A stretch of DNA of 63,917 nt, counting the filler, from Octopus bimaculoides (taxonomy: Eukaryota), in assembly GCF_001194135.2 (NCBI RefSeq). It is 5 parts of 5 records of this genome, joined end to end, with 100 filler letters (N's around TTAATTAATTAA, not from the genome) between each part and the next. Parts side by side here need not be neighbours in the genome. Positions count along the whole stretch, not along the records: positions 31,363 to 58,553 come from NC_068992.1; 4 more parts are not named here. The stretch is one strand, 5' to 3'. Shown here piece after piece: positions 38,801-51,379 of the stretch. Position numbers and translations under genes: made by a program. Within the stretch, counting starts at the first letter, position 1. Each line of letters opens with the position of its first letter. Under the pieces are notes generated by a model. It was not told the origin of the DNA. It searched no databases and saw only the letters and a program-made list of their open reading frames with translations.

Positions 38801-39123
38801 TTCAGAGGACCTCAGCTCTTCAATGCCCTGCCAAAACATTTGAGAGACATGCGGAGGTCTTCAAGACAAAACTTGCGGAGGTCTTCAAGACAAAACTTGA
38901 CGCTTTCCTCTCCACGATACCAGACGAACCAATGGCTCGTAATGAGACGCAGTTTAGGGCAGCTGTGTCAAATTCTCTTATACACCAGATGTGCCATCAA
39001 AACTCTTGATTGGACCATGTCAGGTGGGGGAGAAGAGCCATGCAAGGAACGTGAAAATCACGGTGGTGCACCAGCATGACCGCAGCCACTTGGCTGAAAC
39101 ACATAAATAAATAAATAAATAAA
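38801..39123 (+). mobile_element. CR1-type LINE 3' end
   Basis: FRGPQLFNALPKHLRD...AEVFKTKLDAFLSTIPDEP...SNSLIHQ*, followed by a 3' UTR and a (TAAA)n tail. Confidence 0.85.
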
Positions 39124-39285
39124 TATATATATATATATATATACTTATATATATATTCGTATATATATGCGTATATATTCGTATATATATGCGTATATAT
39201 TCGTGTATATATACGTATATATATGAAATATAGAAGTTTAAAATGCACTGAGAATAGTTAAAATATCTTTTATTAATACATTTGC

Positions 39286-39326
39286 AACTTTAACCGGTTT
39301 CACAGTTTACACTGATTTTCAAAATG
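39286..39326 (-). ncRNA. Degenerate hammerhead-like motif (Penelope-type end remnant)
   Basis: The minus strand reads TTGAAAA-tCAG-tgtaaa-CTGt-GAAA-CCGG-TT with aataaa downstream. There are two core mismatches. Confidence 0.3.
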
Positions 39327-39859
39327 TCGAAATAGAAAGACGTGGCTTATGTCGCAGCTGTCTTGCTTCTGACTAGTATTTGAAGCTTGCCCTATTTTCA
39401 TAGGGAGTTCATGGCTCAAATTAGTATATGTTTTGAATAGGATTTCATTGGTAGAGGATAGTCACATGATTGGTCTTAGAAATTTCTGTTGGTTCCCTGC
39501 TACGTCCGTGTGATAATGTTTGGCGTCGTAAGATAAGGCTGACACGATTAACGGAACACGTCCAAACAATTCTGAATGTATTTCTGTCAAGTGTTTGTAG
39601 AGAATGAACACATGATTAAGTTTATAACTTTTGTACGTTTCCCGCAACGTATGTGCGTTAGTGTCACGTGACAGTATATTTTGCGCCTAAGAAGAAGGCC
39701 GACACTGTTGAGTGAACGTGTTTAGTTACAATCAAGGCACTCTAAATTTAATCTGCTGGTATGAAAGTGGACAGGGGTCGTTTGTATGTTGTCCAGTGGC
39801 TAAAGTTTAGGTTGTTAGCTGTGCAGCTTCGTCATCATAAGTGGCAGAATGAATTTTCT

Positions 39860-40030
39860 GTATGACGGTCTTCCACTACAATTTCCGTCTACCCAGTTCA
39901 CTTACATAGCTTTGATCGACCCAGAGCTACAAGATAGAAGACACTTGCCCAAGGTGCCGCAGGTATTTGGATTGAACTTGAAACCACGCAGCTGCAAAGC
40001 GAGTTTCTTAACCACACGGGCATGCTTGTA
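39860..40030 (-). mobile_element. SINE family A, diverged 5' half
   Basis: tttccgtctacc...agacacttgcccaaggtgccgc...cttaaccacac is the rc of the head plus CORE. Confidence 0.6.
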
Positions 40031-41453
40031 CTGAAATGAAAAGACCTCGAGGAAGCTAGGCAATTTCTTTTAAAATTTTGTAGTACACACTCACAGTCAT
40101 TTATAAACTATCCATTCTAGACATAGGTGTCCATTAGGTCAATAACAGTGTTATTACGTCATGTATTCTGAGCTCATTAATAATATCACCTGTCTCTCTT
40201 GGAAATAATGAAATCTGATAAACTTGAAAAGAAACAAATTGTTTTCCAATCTCTCTACATATAAAACTTCATGTTGCTGTCTTTTAATACTTTTACATTG
40301 AAATAATTAGATTTCAACAATCTTGCTTTCACCAAAGAAAGTTACTACCAGTGTCATAGAAAACTATATTGTAATGGTCTGTGGTAAAATAGTAAAGAAG
40401 CAACAGCAATAGCCACTGTCGTATTTTAACGTAAATAATAAAATATATATAAATACAATGCTGAAGGTAATTTTCTTAGCTCTTAGTTGCTAATACTCTT
40501 GGTATATAATATACGAATATCTTTTAGTTTCTGTCTTCTTTGTAACAAGTGAGTATAATTTTGTACATAACATGAAGTGAAGGTCGACAAAATCTATTAG
40601 AGAACCATATTACATCTCACTTCTGAAAGGACGTCTCTTAAAGATACACCAGAAGGTCCCAGATCAGATCAGTCCCTCCTGCTCCTTAGCTATTCATCTA
40701 AGGGAAGGTAACTCCATACATATCTTGCATCCTGATAACTACTGGGCTCGCGGGGTTTGTTGAGTTCAGACCAATACAAAATTGGAGGACAAGAGAATGA
40801 GACTGACCCAGCACAAATAATGCCCTCAATAATGATAAATGCTTTGTGTGTTGCGGTATGATTTATTGAGCGTTTAAAAAAAAGCTAAAGACGTAACGCC
40901 CTGCAGGAAATATAGCGGGTGATACACTACTGCAGATATATACGGCTACACTTATCTAATATTTTGGTATCCGCTGTCCTTCCATTGATGCTGCAGGTGT
41001 ACTAACTTGCCTCTCCTCCGTGGATTATCCACGAGTGGAGAGGTTGTAAATGTACATGGCGCGAGGCACTTGCATCGGGCAAAAAAGGTCAGGCACAGCA
41101 GAGGTGATTAAGTTATTATCTCTGCAATACCGTCGATCATCGACGAATAAAAGTTAACCATTACATCTGATATATGGCAAAGAATTGACAGAGTCATTAG
41201 AACATCCGACAAAATGCCTTGCTGTATTTGTTCCGGCTTCCTGCGCTCTGAGTTCAAATCCTTTCACCTTTTCGGGGTCGATTTTAAAAAATTCAATCCA
41301 TGATTGTGGATTAGTGTAAATTTACACACATTCATAAAAATAATTTTCAATTCCATTAGATATTCTGAAATATTATTAAATTTCATTCAATTTTAAAAAA
41401 GGTAAAATCGGACAAAACTTATATGATGACTTGATAAATATATATATATATGT

Positions 41454-41500
<47 letters not shown>

Positions 41501-42291
41501 NNNNNNNNNNNNNNNNNNNNNNNNNNNNNNNNNNNNNNNNNNNNNNNNNNNNNNNNNNNNNNNNNNNNNNNNNNNNNNNNNNNNNNNNNNNNNNNNNNNN
41601 NNNNNNNNNNNNNNNNNNNNNNNNNNNNNNNNNNNNNNNNNNNNNNNNNNNNNNNNNNNNNNNNNNNNNNNNNNNNNNNNNNNNNNNNNNNNNNNNNNNN
41701 NNNNNNNNNNNNNNNNNNNNNNNNNNNNNNNNNNNNNNNNNNNNNNNNNNNNNNNNNNNNNNNNNNNNNNNNNNNNNNNNNNNNNNNNNNNNNNNNNNNN
41801 NNNNNNNNNNNNNNNNNNNNNNNNNNNNNNNNNNNNNNNNNNNNNNNNNNNNNNNNNNNNNNNNNNNNNNNNNNNNNNNNNNNNNNNNNNNNNNNNNNNN
41901 NNNNNNNNNNNNNNNNNNNNNNNNNNNNNNNNNNNNNNNNNNNNNNNNNNNNNNNNNNNNNNNNNNNNNNNNNNNNNNNNNNNNNNNNNNNNNNNNNNNN
42001 NNNNNNNNNNNNNNNNNNNNNNNNNNNNNNNNNNNNNNNNNNNNNNNNNNNNNNNNNNNNNNNNNNNNNNNNNNNNNNNNNNNNNNNNNNNNNNNNNNNN
42101 NNNNNNNNNNNNNNNNNNNNNNNNNNNNNNNNNNNNNNNNNNNNNNNNNNNNNNNNNNNNNNNNNNNNNNNNNNNNNNNNNNNNNNNNNNNNNNNNNNNN
42201 NNNTATATATATATATATATATATATATACATGCATGTATGTATATATGTATGAATGTATATATAGATATGTATGTGTGTGCATATATATG

Positions 42292-42350
<59 letters not shown>

Positions 42351-42666
42351 GGGGGTGTATGTGTTTATGTGTGCATGAATATACATTCGAATGTATGTAC
42401 GTATGTATGTACGTATGTATGTATGTAGGTATGCATATATGTATGCATATATATATGTGTGTGTATGTTTTATTTATTCTATGAGTGTGTATGTATGTAT
42501 GTTGTCCCACGTATATTAAGCATGAGAAAAAGACTGCATAACTATTGGTTGAATGCCGCCATTGCTCATAGTTTCGTCCAATCAGGTGTGACCTGGAGGC
42601 TAAGCAACGCCATCAATATGTGTTTTTGTTTTTACGTATGCGTATCTGTGTGTCCGTGCATGTGTG

Positions 42667-42789
<123 letters not shown>

Positions 42790-43737
42790 AAACGGATTGC
42801 GAACAACTACGCCATTTCATTTCCTCATATTAAAATTACATTCAAAATGAAATATTTATATATTCTGCTATCATGTTATATCTGCTCAATGTAATTTGTC
42901 TTGTCTTTGTTTACGGGGATTGTTTGTGTGCACGCACGTGCTTGCTGCTTGCGTGTACGTATGCGAACATGCTTGTATGTGTGTATTTAAGGTTATACGT
43001 TTAGTAGAAATAACCTCGACATTAAAACTAGAGTATTTTCCCTATCAATAATCTCAAATTCATATCAAAACCTACATATCTCTTGCCTTTATTAGAATAG
43101 GAAGGAAAAAATGCTAAAATGCTGTATGATTCGATTATTCCACTTTATTCATAAAGTTCGATGTTATACGTTCAACGGCGATATTTCAGTTACCAACACG
43201 AGTTTTAGCAACATAATTTTGCTATTTTTCCTGTCTCTATGTTTATTTAAATTTGCTTTTACATTCGAATTTTATTAAAAACAAGTTTTCTTTCTGTTCT
43301 TTTCATTTCTTTGGGAGAGATTTTTGGCTTTGTTTTATTGCGTGTTTTCTTTTGGGTTTTTTCTCTTTTTTTTTTGCTTGGTTATTTAGTTTATTTTATT
43401 CTTTGTACTATAAACCATATATGCCTATTTTTCTGCTTAATATTACAAGAATTGTCGATTGAATCGGTCTCAACATATTAGTATATTATAATTATTTTAT
43501 CAGTAGCGAATGAAACAAACGTAATATAAGACAAAAATATTTACTCGAGGCGGCGATTTTTAAGTTCTGAATTCAATACATAACAAGTGTTTCATTTCTT
43601 CAAAGAGATAAAAAGGCGAAGCCAAACTTTGTGAGATTAAAACACAAAAGGCAGAGAAATCAAAGCAAGTACGCTAGCACTGCAGTATTGTTCGGTGTTG
43701 AGTCCGTCACTCACGCGTTTGCCTATCTTCCTTCACC

Positions 43738-43758
43738 ATGGTTTCCCGCAGACAGAAA
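43738..43758 (+). other. Candidate first coding exon (unverified)
   Basis: ttcaccATGGTTTCCCGCAGACAGAAA|gtgagt has a strong start context and a consensus donor, and would encode MVSRRQK. Confidence 0.2.
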
Positions 43759-43914
43759 GTGAGTCTCGATAGGTTTCCTCCTTTAGCTGAAGGCATGTTG
43801 CTGCGCAAGGTGACTATTTCAACACAGCTGATGTTAAAACTTTGGTAAATAAGTTATTTTTCATTAAACATAACTTGTCCTCAGACATTGCTGATACAAC
43901 CCCGTATATATCTA

Positions 43915-44224
43915 CCTTGTGTTTGTTTCAGTCTTTTGACCGCGGCCATGCTGGGGCACCGCCTTGAAGAGTTCTTAGTAGAACAAATCGATTCAAGTAC
44001 TTATGGGGTTCCTTTCCGTTGTTGTTGTTGTTGTTGTTCTTGTTTTTTAAGCCTGGTAATTATTCTATCAGTTTTCGATTTTTTTTTTTTTGCCGAAACG
44101 CTAAGTTGCAAAGACGTAAACAAACCGGGACTACAGTGGAAGACACTTGCTCGAGTGGCCGTGCAGTAGGACTGAACCCGAAACCATGTGGTTGCAATGC
44201 GAGCTTCTTAAACACACTGCCAAC
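43915..44224 (-). mobile_element. SINE family A, diverged and internally deleted
   Basis: Tail gtttcagtcttttgaccgcggccatgctgg at the left; head rc gactgaacccgaaaccatgtgg at the right. Confidence 0.7.
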
Positions 44225-44318
44225 ATTTTAATATATTCTTCATTTACCTCAATGCATACAACACGTACAATATCAAAGGGAACTAAACTAAAATATGTGT
44301 ATACGCGCACGCGCGGGC

Positions 44319-44414
<96 letters not shown>

Positions 44415-44577
44415 ATGTGCGGGTGAGCGTTTAGTCTTCCCCGTGCAATCATTAGAAATGATACAATGGGCTGAACTGGGAATCATTGAGTTTTGCTACA
44501 AATAGTTTACTTTACTTTGTACATGCATATCTTTAAGAAAAACAAAGGTGTCACTTATCTTCACCTTTATTTCTTTT

Positions 44578-44734
44578 TGCAGTTGTATATTTGAGGGATG
44601 AGGAATTATTTACATTATTCACATTTGACGGATACTTGTCCTCATTTTGTTTGTTGTTAGCACAGGCATACGGCGTAATGGTTAAGAGCGCGGGCTACTA
44701 AACCCAAGATTCCGAGTTCGATTGCAGGCAGTGA

Positions 44735-44782
<48 letters not shown>

Positions 44783-44941
44783 CAATAACATCGGAAAAAT
44801 ACCTTAGGAATGAGAACCCAGGTTCGAAATTCCACCAGGACGCCTGATGAAGATTGGAGAGTATATCAGCCAAAACGTTGTGTTAACAACAAACAAGATG
44901 GGGACAAATATTATTCACATTGTGTAAATAATGTAAATAAG
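44578..44941 (+). mobile_element. tRNA-headed SINE-like element with hammerhead motif and inverted terminal block (family H, copy 2)
   Basis: Antisense-tail block at 44578-44664, A box (c)ggcgtaatgg at 44671-44681, B box gttcgattg at 44716-44724, (AAT)n, HHR motif at 44839-44884 and tail to ~44941. Confidence 0.8.
44839..44884 (+). ncRNA. Minimal type I hammerhead ribozyme-like motif (G12>A in this copy)
   Basis: GACGC-CTGATGA-A-GATTG-gagagtatat-CAGCC-AAAA-CG-TT-GTGTT. The CTGATGA core is intact; the GAAA is mutated. Confidence 0.6.
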
Positions 44942-44957
44942 GTATACATATATATGT

Positions 44958-45153
44958 ATTAGTTTCAAATTTGGGCACAAGTTCCTCAGTTTTACATCGA
45001 TCGTGGTGTTCAATTGGTACTTATTTTATCGGTACCGAAATAATGAAAGGCAAAGTCGACCGCGACAGAATTTGAACTCGGAACATAAAGACATGAAATG
45101 CCACTAAAAAATTTTGCTCGGCGTAATACCGATTCTGCCAGCTCGTCGCCTTG
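44958..45153 (-). mobile_element. tRNA-derived SINE, family D
   Basis: ggtacttattttatcgg...gaaaggcaaagtcgacc...gattctgccagctcgtcgcctt. Confidence 0.7.
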
Positions 45154-45593
45154 TAGGACAAATATATTGAAATCTTTGATTATTGATTATAATTAAAGCG
45201 GAAAGAGTGGAAGTTTCGCTGATTTCATTCCGTATTAAATTTCTTTGCGCATTTTGAATTTAACCATGGCTGACTTCACCTTAGCCATACAAGTCACCAG
45301 ATTTGACTGGAATCAATTAAGTACCAATAACCTGCGGTATCAAGTTGAATTGATTACAATTTACAATTACAAACGTTAGCATGGTTCCTAGAATAAAAAG
45401 ACGCAACGGGCGTCTATTTGTTAGTTGAAGTAATAAACAAGAGCTACAACCTCTTGTTCAATTCATTAGTATCATTTGCATTTTACTAACTAGACACAAT
45501 GATGACGAAATACCGATTGTCCGTATCGCTCGAGGTAATGTCTTCAACTTAGCAATACACCTCACTGGCTTTGATAAAAATCAAATAGGTACA

Positions 45594-45981
45594 TTGTTGT
45601 TGTTTTCACTCCGTCGCTTACGACGTCGTGGGTTCCAGTTGATCCGATCAAAGGAACAGCCTGCTCGTGAAATTAACGTGCAAGTGGCTGAGCACTCCAC
45701 AGACACGTGTGCCCTTAACGAAGTTCTCGAGGATATTCAGTGTGACACAGTATGACAAGGCTGACCCTTTGAAATACAGGTACAACAAAACAGGAAGTAA
45801 GAGTGAGAGAAAGTTGTGGTGGAAGAGTATAGCATGGTTCACCACCATCCCCTGCCGAAGCCTCGTGTAGCTTTAGGCGTTTTCGCTCAATAAACACTCA
45901 CAACGGCCGGTCTGGGAATTGAAACCGCGATCCTATGACCGCGAGTCCGCTGCCCTAACCACTGGGCCATTGCGCCTCCAC
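45594..45981 (-). mobile_element. tRNA-derived SINE, family B, full length with 12-bp TSD
   Basis: Reverse complement of 5994-6382. The TSD caaataggtaca lies at 45582-45593 and 45982-45993. Confidence 0.92.
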
Positions 45982-46859
45982 CAAATAGGTACAAGTAACG
46001 TGCTATCATGTTGAACTTATTACAATTTACTATTACAAAACTTAGCAATTTTTCTAGATTAAAAAACGCAAAAGCAAACCATCTGTTAGCTGAAGTTATT
46101 AGCAAGAGGTAAAACCTCTTGTTAAATTCATAAGCTCCGGTTGTAATTAATTAACGAGACATAATGATGTCGAAGTACCGAGTGTGCGAATCCCTTGTGG
46201 TAATGAACTGGCTGTGTTATGAACACATATTTGACGTAAAGAAGTTGCTCTCGTGTGACAAAACGTAACAGCGAATGGCACATTCACGTTCGAATCTGCC
46301 AGAACATTTTAAGAATAATAAACGTGCAGGTTATCGATGTGAGAAGAAATAAATAATCATAAAAAGGAGAAATGATACCGTAAACTAGTTTGTTCTTTTA
46401 CCACTGAACGACTTGACAGCTAAATGCCGGTTGCAGGATTTTATGAATAACGCTGGAAAATGGCTAGCATTGCATTATTATATCTTGTTGGCTGTCCAAA
46501 AATCAATATAATAATAAAACTATTAAACTATGCCCCCTTACCTAGAAATGAACGAACAATCAGTATGGTATATTGTATGAAGCTTCTGAGATATTCAATA
46601 ATATAGACAGATATTAGAAGTATGAGGCATTTTTGAATAACGAGAGGATCATTCTAAGTGGCTTGCAGCAATGAACTGATTGTAGTTCTAGTGTGTTTGT
46701 TGTTGGAATACTTCACACGCAATTGTATACATCGATAAAGATAGCTCTATTTTATTCCAAACATTCTGATTGAAAACTTCTTCGTGTCAGATAAGTAACT
46801 AGAGAATCTAATCTTTACATTTGGCAGAATTACAAAGTATACGGTTATTGCTATTGTTG

Positions 46860-47149
46860 TTGTCGGTTGGTAGTGGTCACGGTGGTAGTTTAGGTGGTGG
46901 TGCTGGTGGTGGTGGTAGTGGTGGTAGCGGTGGTGGTGGTGGTTTGAATGGTAATGCTGATGGGGCAAGTGATGAGTGTGGTGGTGATGGTGGTGCTGGC
47001 TGCTGCAGCTGATGATGATGATGATGATGACGATGATGATGGCGATTGTGGTATAGGTATTAGTGTGGCTGGTGCCGGTGCTGATAATGCTGGAGGTGGT
47101 GGTAGGGGTGGTGATGGTGGTGGTGTTAATGGTACTGACAGTTGTGGTG
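46860..47149. repeat. (GGT)/(GAT)-rich low-complexity tract
   Basis: Direct reading. Confidence 0.9.
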
Positions 47150-48515
47150 NNNNNNNNNNNNNNNNNNNNNNNNNNNNNNNNNNNNNNNNNNNNNNNNNNN
47201 NNNNNNNNNNNNNNNNNNNNNNNNNNNNNNNNNNNNNNNNNNNNNNNNNNNNNNNNNNNNNNNNNNNNNNNNNNNNNNNNNNNNNNNNNNNNNNNNNNNN
47301 NNNNNNNNNNNNNNNNNNNNNNNNNNNNNNNNNNNNNNNNNNNNNNNNNNNNNNNNNNNNNNNNNNNNNNNNNNNNNNNNNNNNNNNNNNNNNNNNNNNN
47401 NNNNNNNNNCTACTGCTACTTCTGATGCCGATGGTAGCGGTGGTTGTATTGGTGGTGCTACTGCTACATGATGTTAGTGGTGGCAGCCGTCGTTTTGGAA
47501 GTGCTCTAAATGTTATTAGATTCTTATCTCATCATAATCCTTTCTCTGAATGAGAGAGAGAGAGAGGTAGGGGGAAAGGGAGAGAAAGAGACAGAAGTGG
47601 AGGGGGGACATTAAACAGTTTATCAAAGAGCACGATGTTCATAGACCTGGTAATGGCTGGCATAGAATACGTTTCGCCCACTCACAAATTTCAACATAGT
47701 ATGAAATGAACAAGTGTTTCTTTCAATATAATATAACATAATAGAGTTATGAATATGTATGCGGCTCTTATTCTATTGATTTATCTTTCATTGTTGTCCT
47801 TCGATAAATATGGGATATCTTTACGTGAGATTCTTAAATATAATGCTTGCATAGCAGTGAGAATTTGGGGCCTTGCCTTTACTTTTTTTTTATTTCCTAC
47901 TACTTGAATTTGTTCAGTAGAAATCTCACCCTCATTCATTGTATCTTTAAAGTACAAATAAAGTTTTATGTAGGACAATATAACCTACAAAAGCATGCAT
48001 CAGTTATCTCCTCTTGTTACATTATTTCCGTCCAGGAGGGTTGAGTGTTTAAGCGCTGTACAGCATTGTTAGACGTTGTGTACTGTTGGTGACAATACAC
48101 ACACGCACGCAAGATGCACACACACACACATTTATGCATCTATGTATGCCATTATTCAGTTTCATTTCAAGATTTCTTACCAATAAGGAAAGAGCCGGTT
48201 TCTAACCTAGATTCGAGGCTCCTTCATTGGAATTTCAACATCGACAACAGGATATTTTTATATCTATGTCTTCTCGTGCATATACTTGCATATCTAGACG
48301 CGCTCATATATACTTAAATGATAAACTTCTGGAAAGTTTTACGTATTTTTACGGTTCCAGTGATGAACTGGAACTGTAGTCTCTTTTTTTTCTTTTTTTT
48401 TTTTTGTAAGTCTTCTGCTTATTGCCGACCCACGAAATACCGGAGACGTATATAAATCAACACTAGCAATCAAGCATGGTGGCAGGACAAACACACACAC
48501 ACATTATACATACAC

Positions 48516-48573
<58 letters not shown>

Positions 48574-49037
48574 TTAAACAATAAGGCTAAAAAAATTGAA
48601 TATTAATTTGATTAATATCAATTTAAACCAGTGGCCTTGTATATTGAACAAATCTGAAGATTCAGAAAAATTATATTGCATACGTATAAGAGGGATGATT
48701 ACTATGTGGACATCCAATATGCTAGATGTAGACCCTATATGGTCTGACCACTAAGAAAAGATTGTTCTCAAGAAAATTCACCAAACGCCAGAACGTAAGC
48801 GAGCAACACAAAAGAAAAGATACAAAATATAATGATTAGTCACATACCAGATTTCATTGTTATCACTTACATAATTACATACGTAAATGTCCGCAATTCA
48901 TCAGTGTGAACGTCATAGCAAAATATAATATGCAGAACAATACACGAGAAGTCTACACGAGATTGACCATGCATATATTTTTGCCAATTATATTTGAAGC
49001 TACATTTCAAATGTCTTCGTTTTGGCGCGCCAAAAAC

Positions 49038-49418
49038 CGATATAAAATTGTTAAACAGGACGTCAAAATTTAAGGCAAAGCAAACATTTCAAGTCAAATG
49101 CAATATTATTATAGGAAGAAATTCATAATCTTACAGCTGTTTCTGGGATATCCCCGAGTATGGGATATTTTCCTTCTCTCTTTCTATCTCCTTATTCTTT
49201 TACTCACTTCCTCTATATTGTCATCTTATTGATATATACCATTCTCATTTTCCATATTTTTTCCGCAATTTCTCTCTGATGACGGAATATCCTATACTCG
49301 ATGATATCCCAGAAGCTGCTGTAAGATTTTGAATTTCTTCCTATAATAATATTGTATACGACTTGAGATGTTTGCCTTGCGTTAATGCTTGACGTCCTGT
49401 TTAACAATTATATATCCG
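49038..49418. mobile_element. Penelope-like remnant: ~135-bp inverted repeat carrying a hammerhead-like motif
   Basis: 49038-49173 is the approximate reverse complement of 49283-49418, with a ~110-bp spacer between them. Confidence 0.7.
49273..49326 (+). ncRNA. Hammerhead-like motif (3' core mutated here but intact in the inverted arm)
   Basis: tct-CTGATGA-cGGaATAT...ATATCCca-GAAG-CTGCTG-TA-aga. The inverted arm reads GAAA-CAGCTG-TA (49132-49143 rc). Confidence 0.45.
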
Positions 49419-49573
49419 CAGCATCGGAAATCTGACGTGGCTCCATAAGTACCGTCTCGGCTATAACCTTGGAGCCCCAGTAAACCGTTACACCACTTTA
49501 CCTAGCGTACCTAATCGTGTAGATCACCTGTGAACTTAAACCCCCATACTTTGTATATATATATAAAATATAA

Positions 49574-49605
<32 letters not shown>

Positions 49606-51292
49606 NNNNNNNNNNNNNNNNNNNNNNNNNNNNNNNNNNNNNNNNNNNNNNNNNNNNNNNNNNNNNNNNNNNNNNNNNNNNNNNNNNNNNNNNNNNNNNN
49701 NNNNNNNNNNNNNNNNNNNNNNNNNNNNNNNNNNNNNNNNNNNNNNNNNNNNNNNNNNNNNNNNNNNNNNNNNNNNNNNNNNNNNNNNNNNNNNNNNNNN
49801 NNNNNNNNNNNNNNNNNNNNNNNNNNNNNNNNNNNNNNNNNNNNNNNNNNNNNNNNNNNNNNNNNNNNNNNNNNNNNNNNNNNNNNNNNNNNNNNNNNNN
49901 NNNNNNNNNNNNNNNNNNNNNNNNNNNNNNNNNNNNNNNNNNNNNNNNNNNNNNNNNNNNNNNNNNNNNNNNNNNNNNNNNNNNNNNNNNNNNNNNNNNN
50001 NNNNNNNNNNNNNNNNNNNNNNNNNNNNNNNNNNNNNNNNNNNNNNNNNNNNNNNNNNNNNNNNNNNNNNNNNNNNNNNNNNNNNNNNNNNNNNNNNNNN
50101 NNNNNNNNNNNNNNNNNNNNNNNNNNNNNNNNNNNNNNNNNNNNNNNNNNNNNNNNNNNNNNNNNNNNNNNNNNNNNNNNNNNNNNNNNNNNNNNNNNNN
50201 NNNNNNNNNNNNNNNNNNNNNNNNNNNNNNNNNNNNNNNNNNNNNNNNNNNNNNNNNNNNNNNNTATATATATATATATATATATATGGCGGACTTTGCC
50301 GTTGAAGACGACGTATGAGCATTCAGCTATTTTGCCGAACGTCCTGTACAAATGATATGCTGATACTGTTCAAATGTCCGTGCCGTACATTAGCTCACTC
50401 CCTCCATCAAATCGACGTTGTCTGAACAGATGCACTGTGTACCACGCCGTCAGATGTCGACATGATCGCAGAGCAAGTTGGGATGAAGATTTTTGTTCAA
50501 GACCATAGAGCACCACCCGGTCCAGGAATTAAATTCACAATCGCTAGGCCATGCGCCCTCAGTATGTGGGTGGGTGTGTATGTGTGTGTTTGTATGTGTG
50601 TGTGTGTGTTTGTGTGTGCGTATGTGCGCGCGCGTGTGTGTGTGTGTGTGTGTGTGTGTGTCGTCGAAGGTTGTAAATAGTGATACCTATGAGTTGCTTT
50701 CCTATGCAAGCCATTTACCAATTTCACGCGGTCCATTGTCAGTATATACAACAGAAATTCTGTGAACTAATGAGTCACCGAAATTCAAAACTTATGTTCC
50801 ACGAAATTATTATTAGCAAATTGCTAAATGAAGTACGTACGAATTAAATATAATTAATCATATGAGTTCACAGAATTTTGTCAGTGAGCAGGTCGCGGTC
50901 TCAAAGCGACGAAAATATTTTGACAAATTAAATTTGAATGTTGAAGTGAATCTAACGGCTTTTTGTGTGTTATTTTAAATGGCTTATAAACACCTTCCAC
51001 GCAGCAATTGTTTTCGTTCCAGCACACGATCTCAGATCAGGTCACTTGCTATGCAAGTACATCTCCGCAACTTATTTCAATTATACGCTTTTTTATATAT
51101 AGAATATACACTACGTAGGCACATAGACTATATGTCTTGACTTCATTTTGCTGGAATACAAAACAGCTTTTAATGATGATATAAGGATAAATATATACAT
51201 TTGTGTGAACGTATGTACGTATATATATGTGTGTGTGTGTGTGNNNNNNNNNNTGTGTGTGTGTGTGTGTGTATGTGTGTGTGTGTGTGTGA

Positions 51293-51379
<87 letters not shown>

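Noticed and set aside
39447-39673. Two ATTGG boxes, TCACATGA and the palindrome TGTCACGTGACA
   Set aside because: These short motifs are expected by chance in 64 kb, and there is no linked exon.
44735-44790. Regularly spaced repeats that might suggest a CRISPR array
   Set aside because: These are simple microsatellites in a eukaryotic context, with no unique spacers and no cas genes anywhere in the window.
48190-48235. GAAACCGGCTC on the minus strand with an upstream ATGAAGGA
   Set aside because: U16.1 is missing and the 5' core is atypical. It may be a Penelope-type relic but is too degenerate to call.
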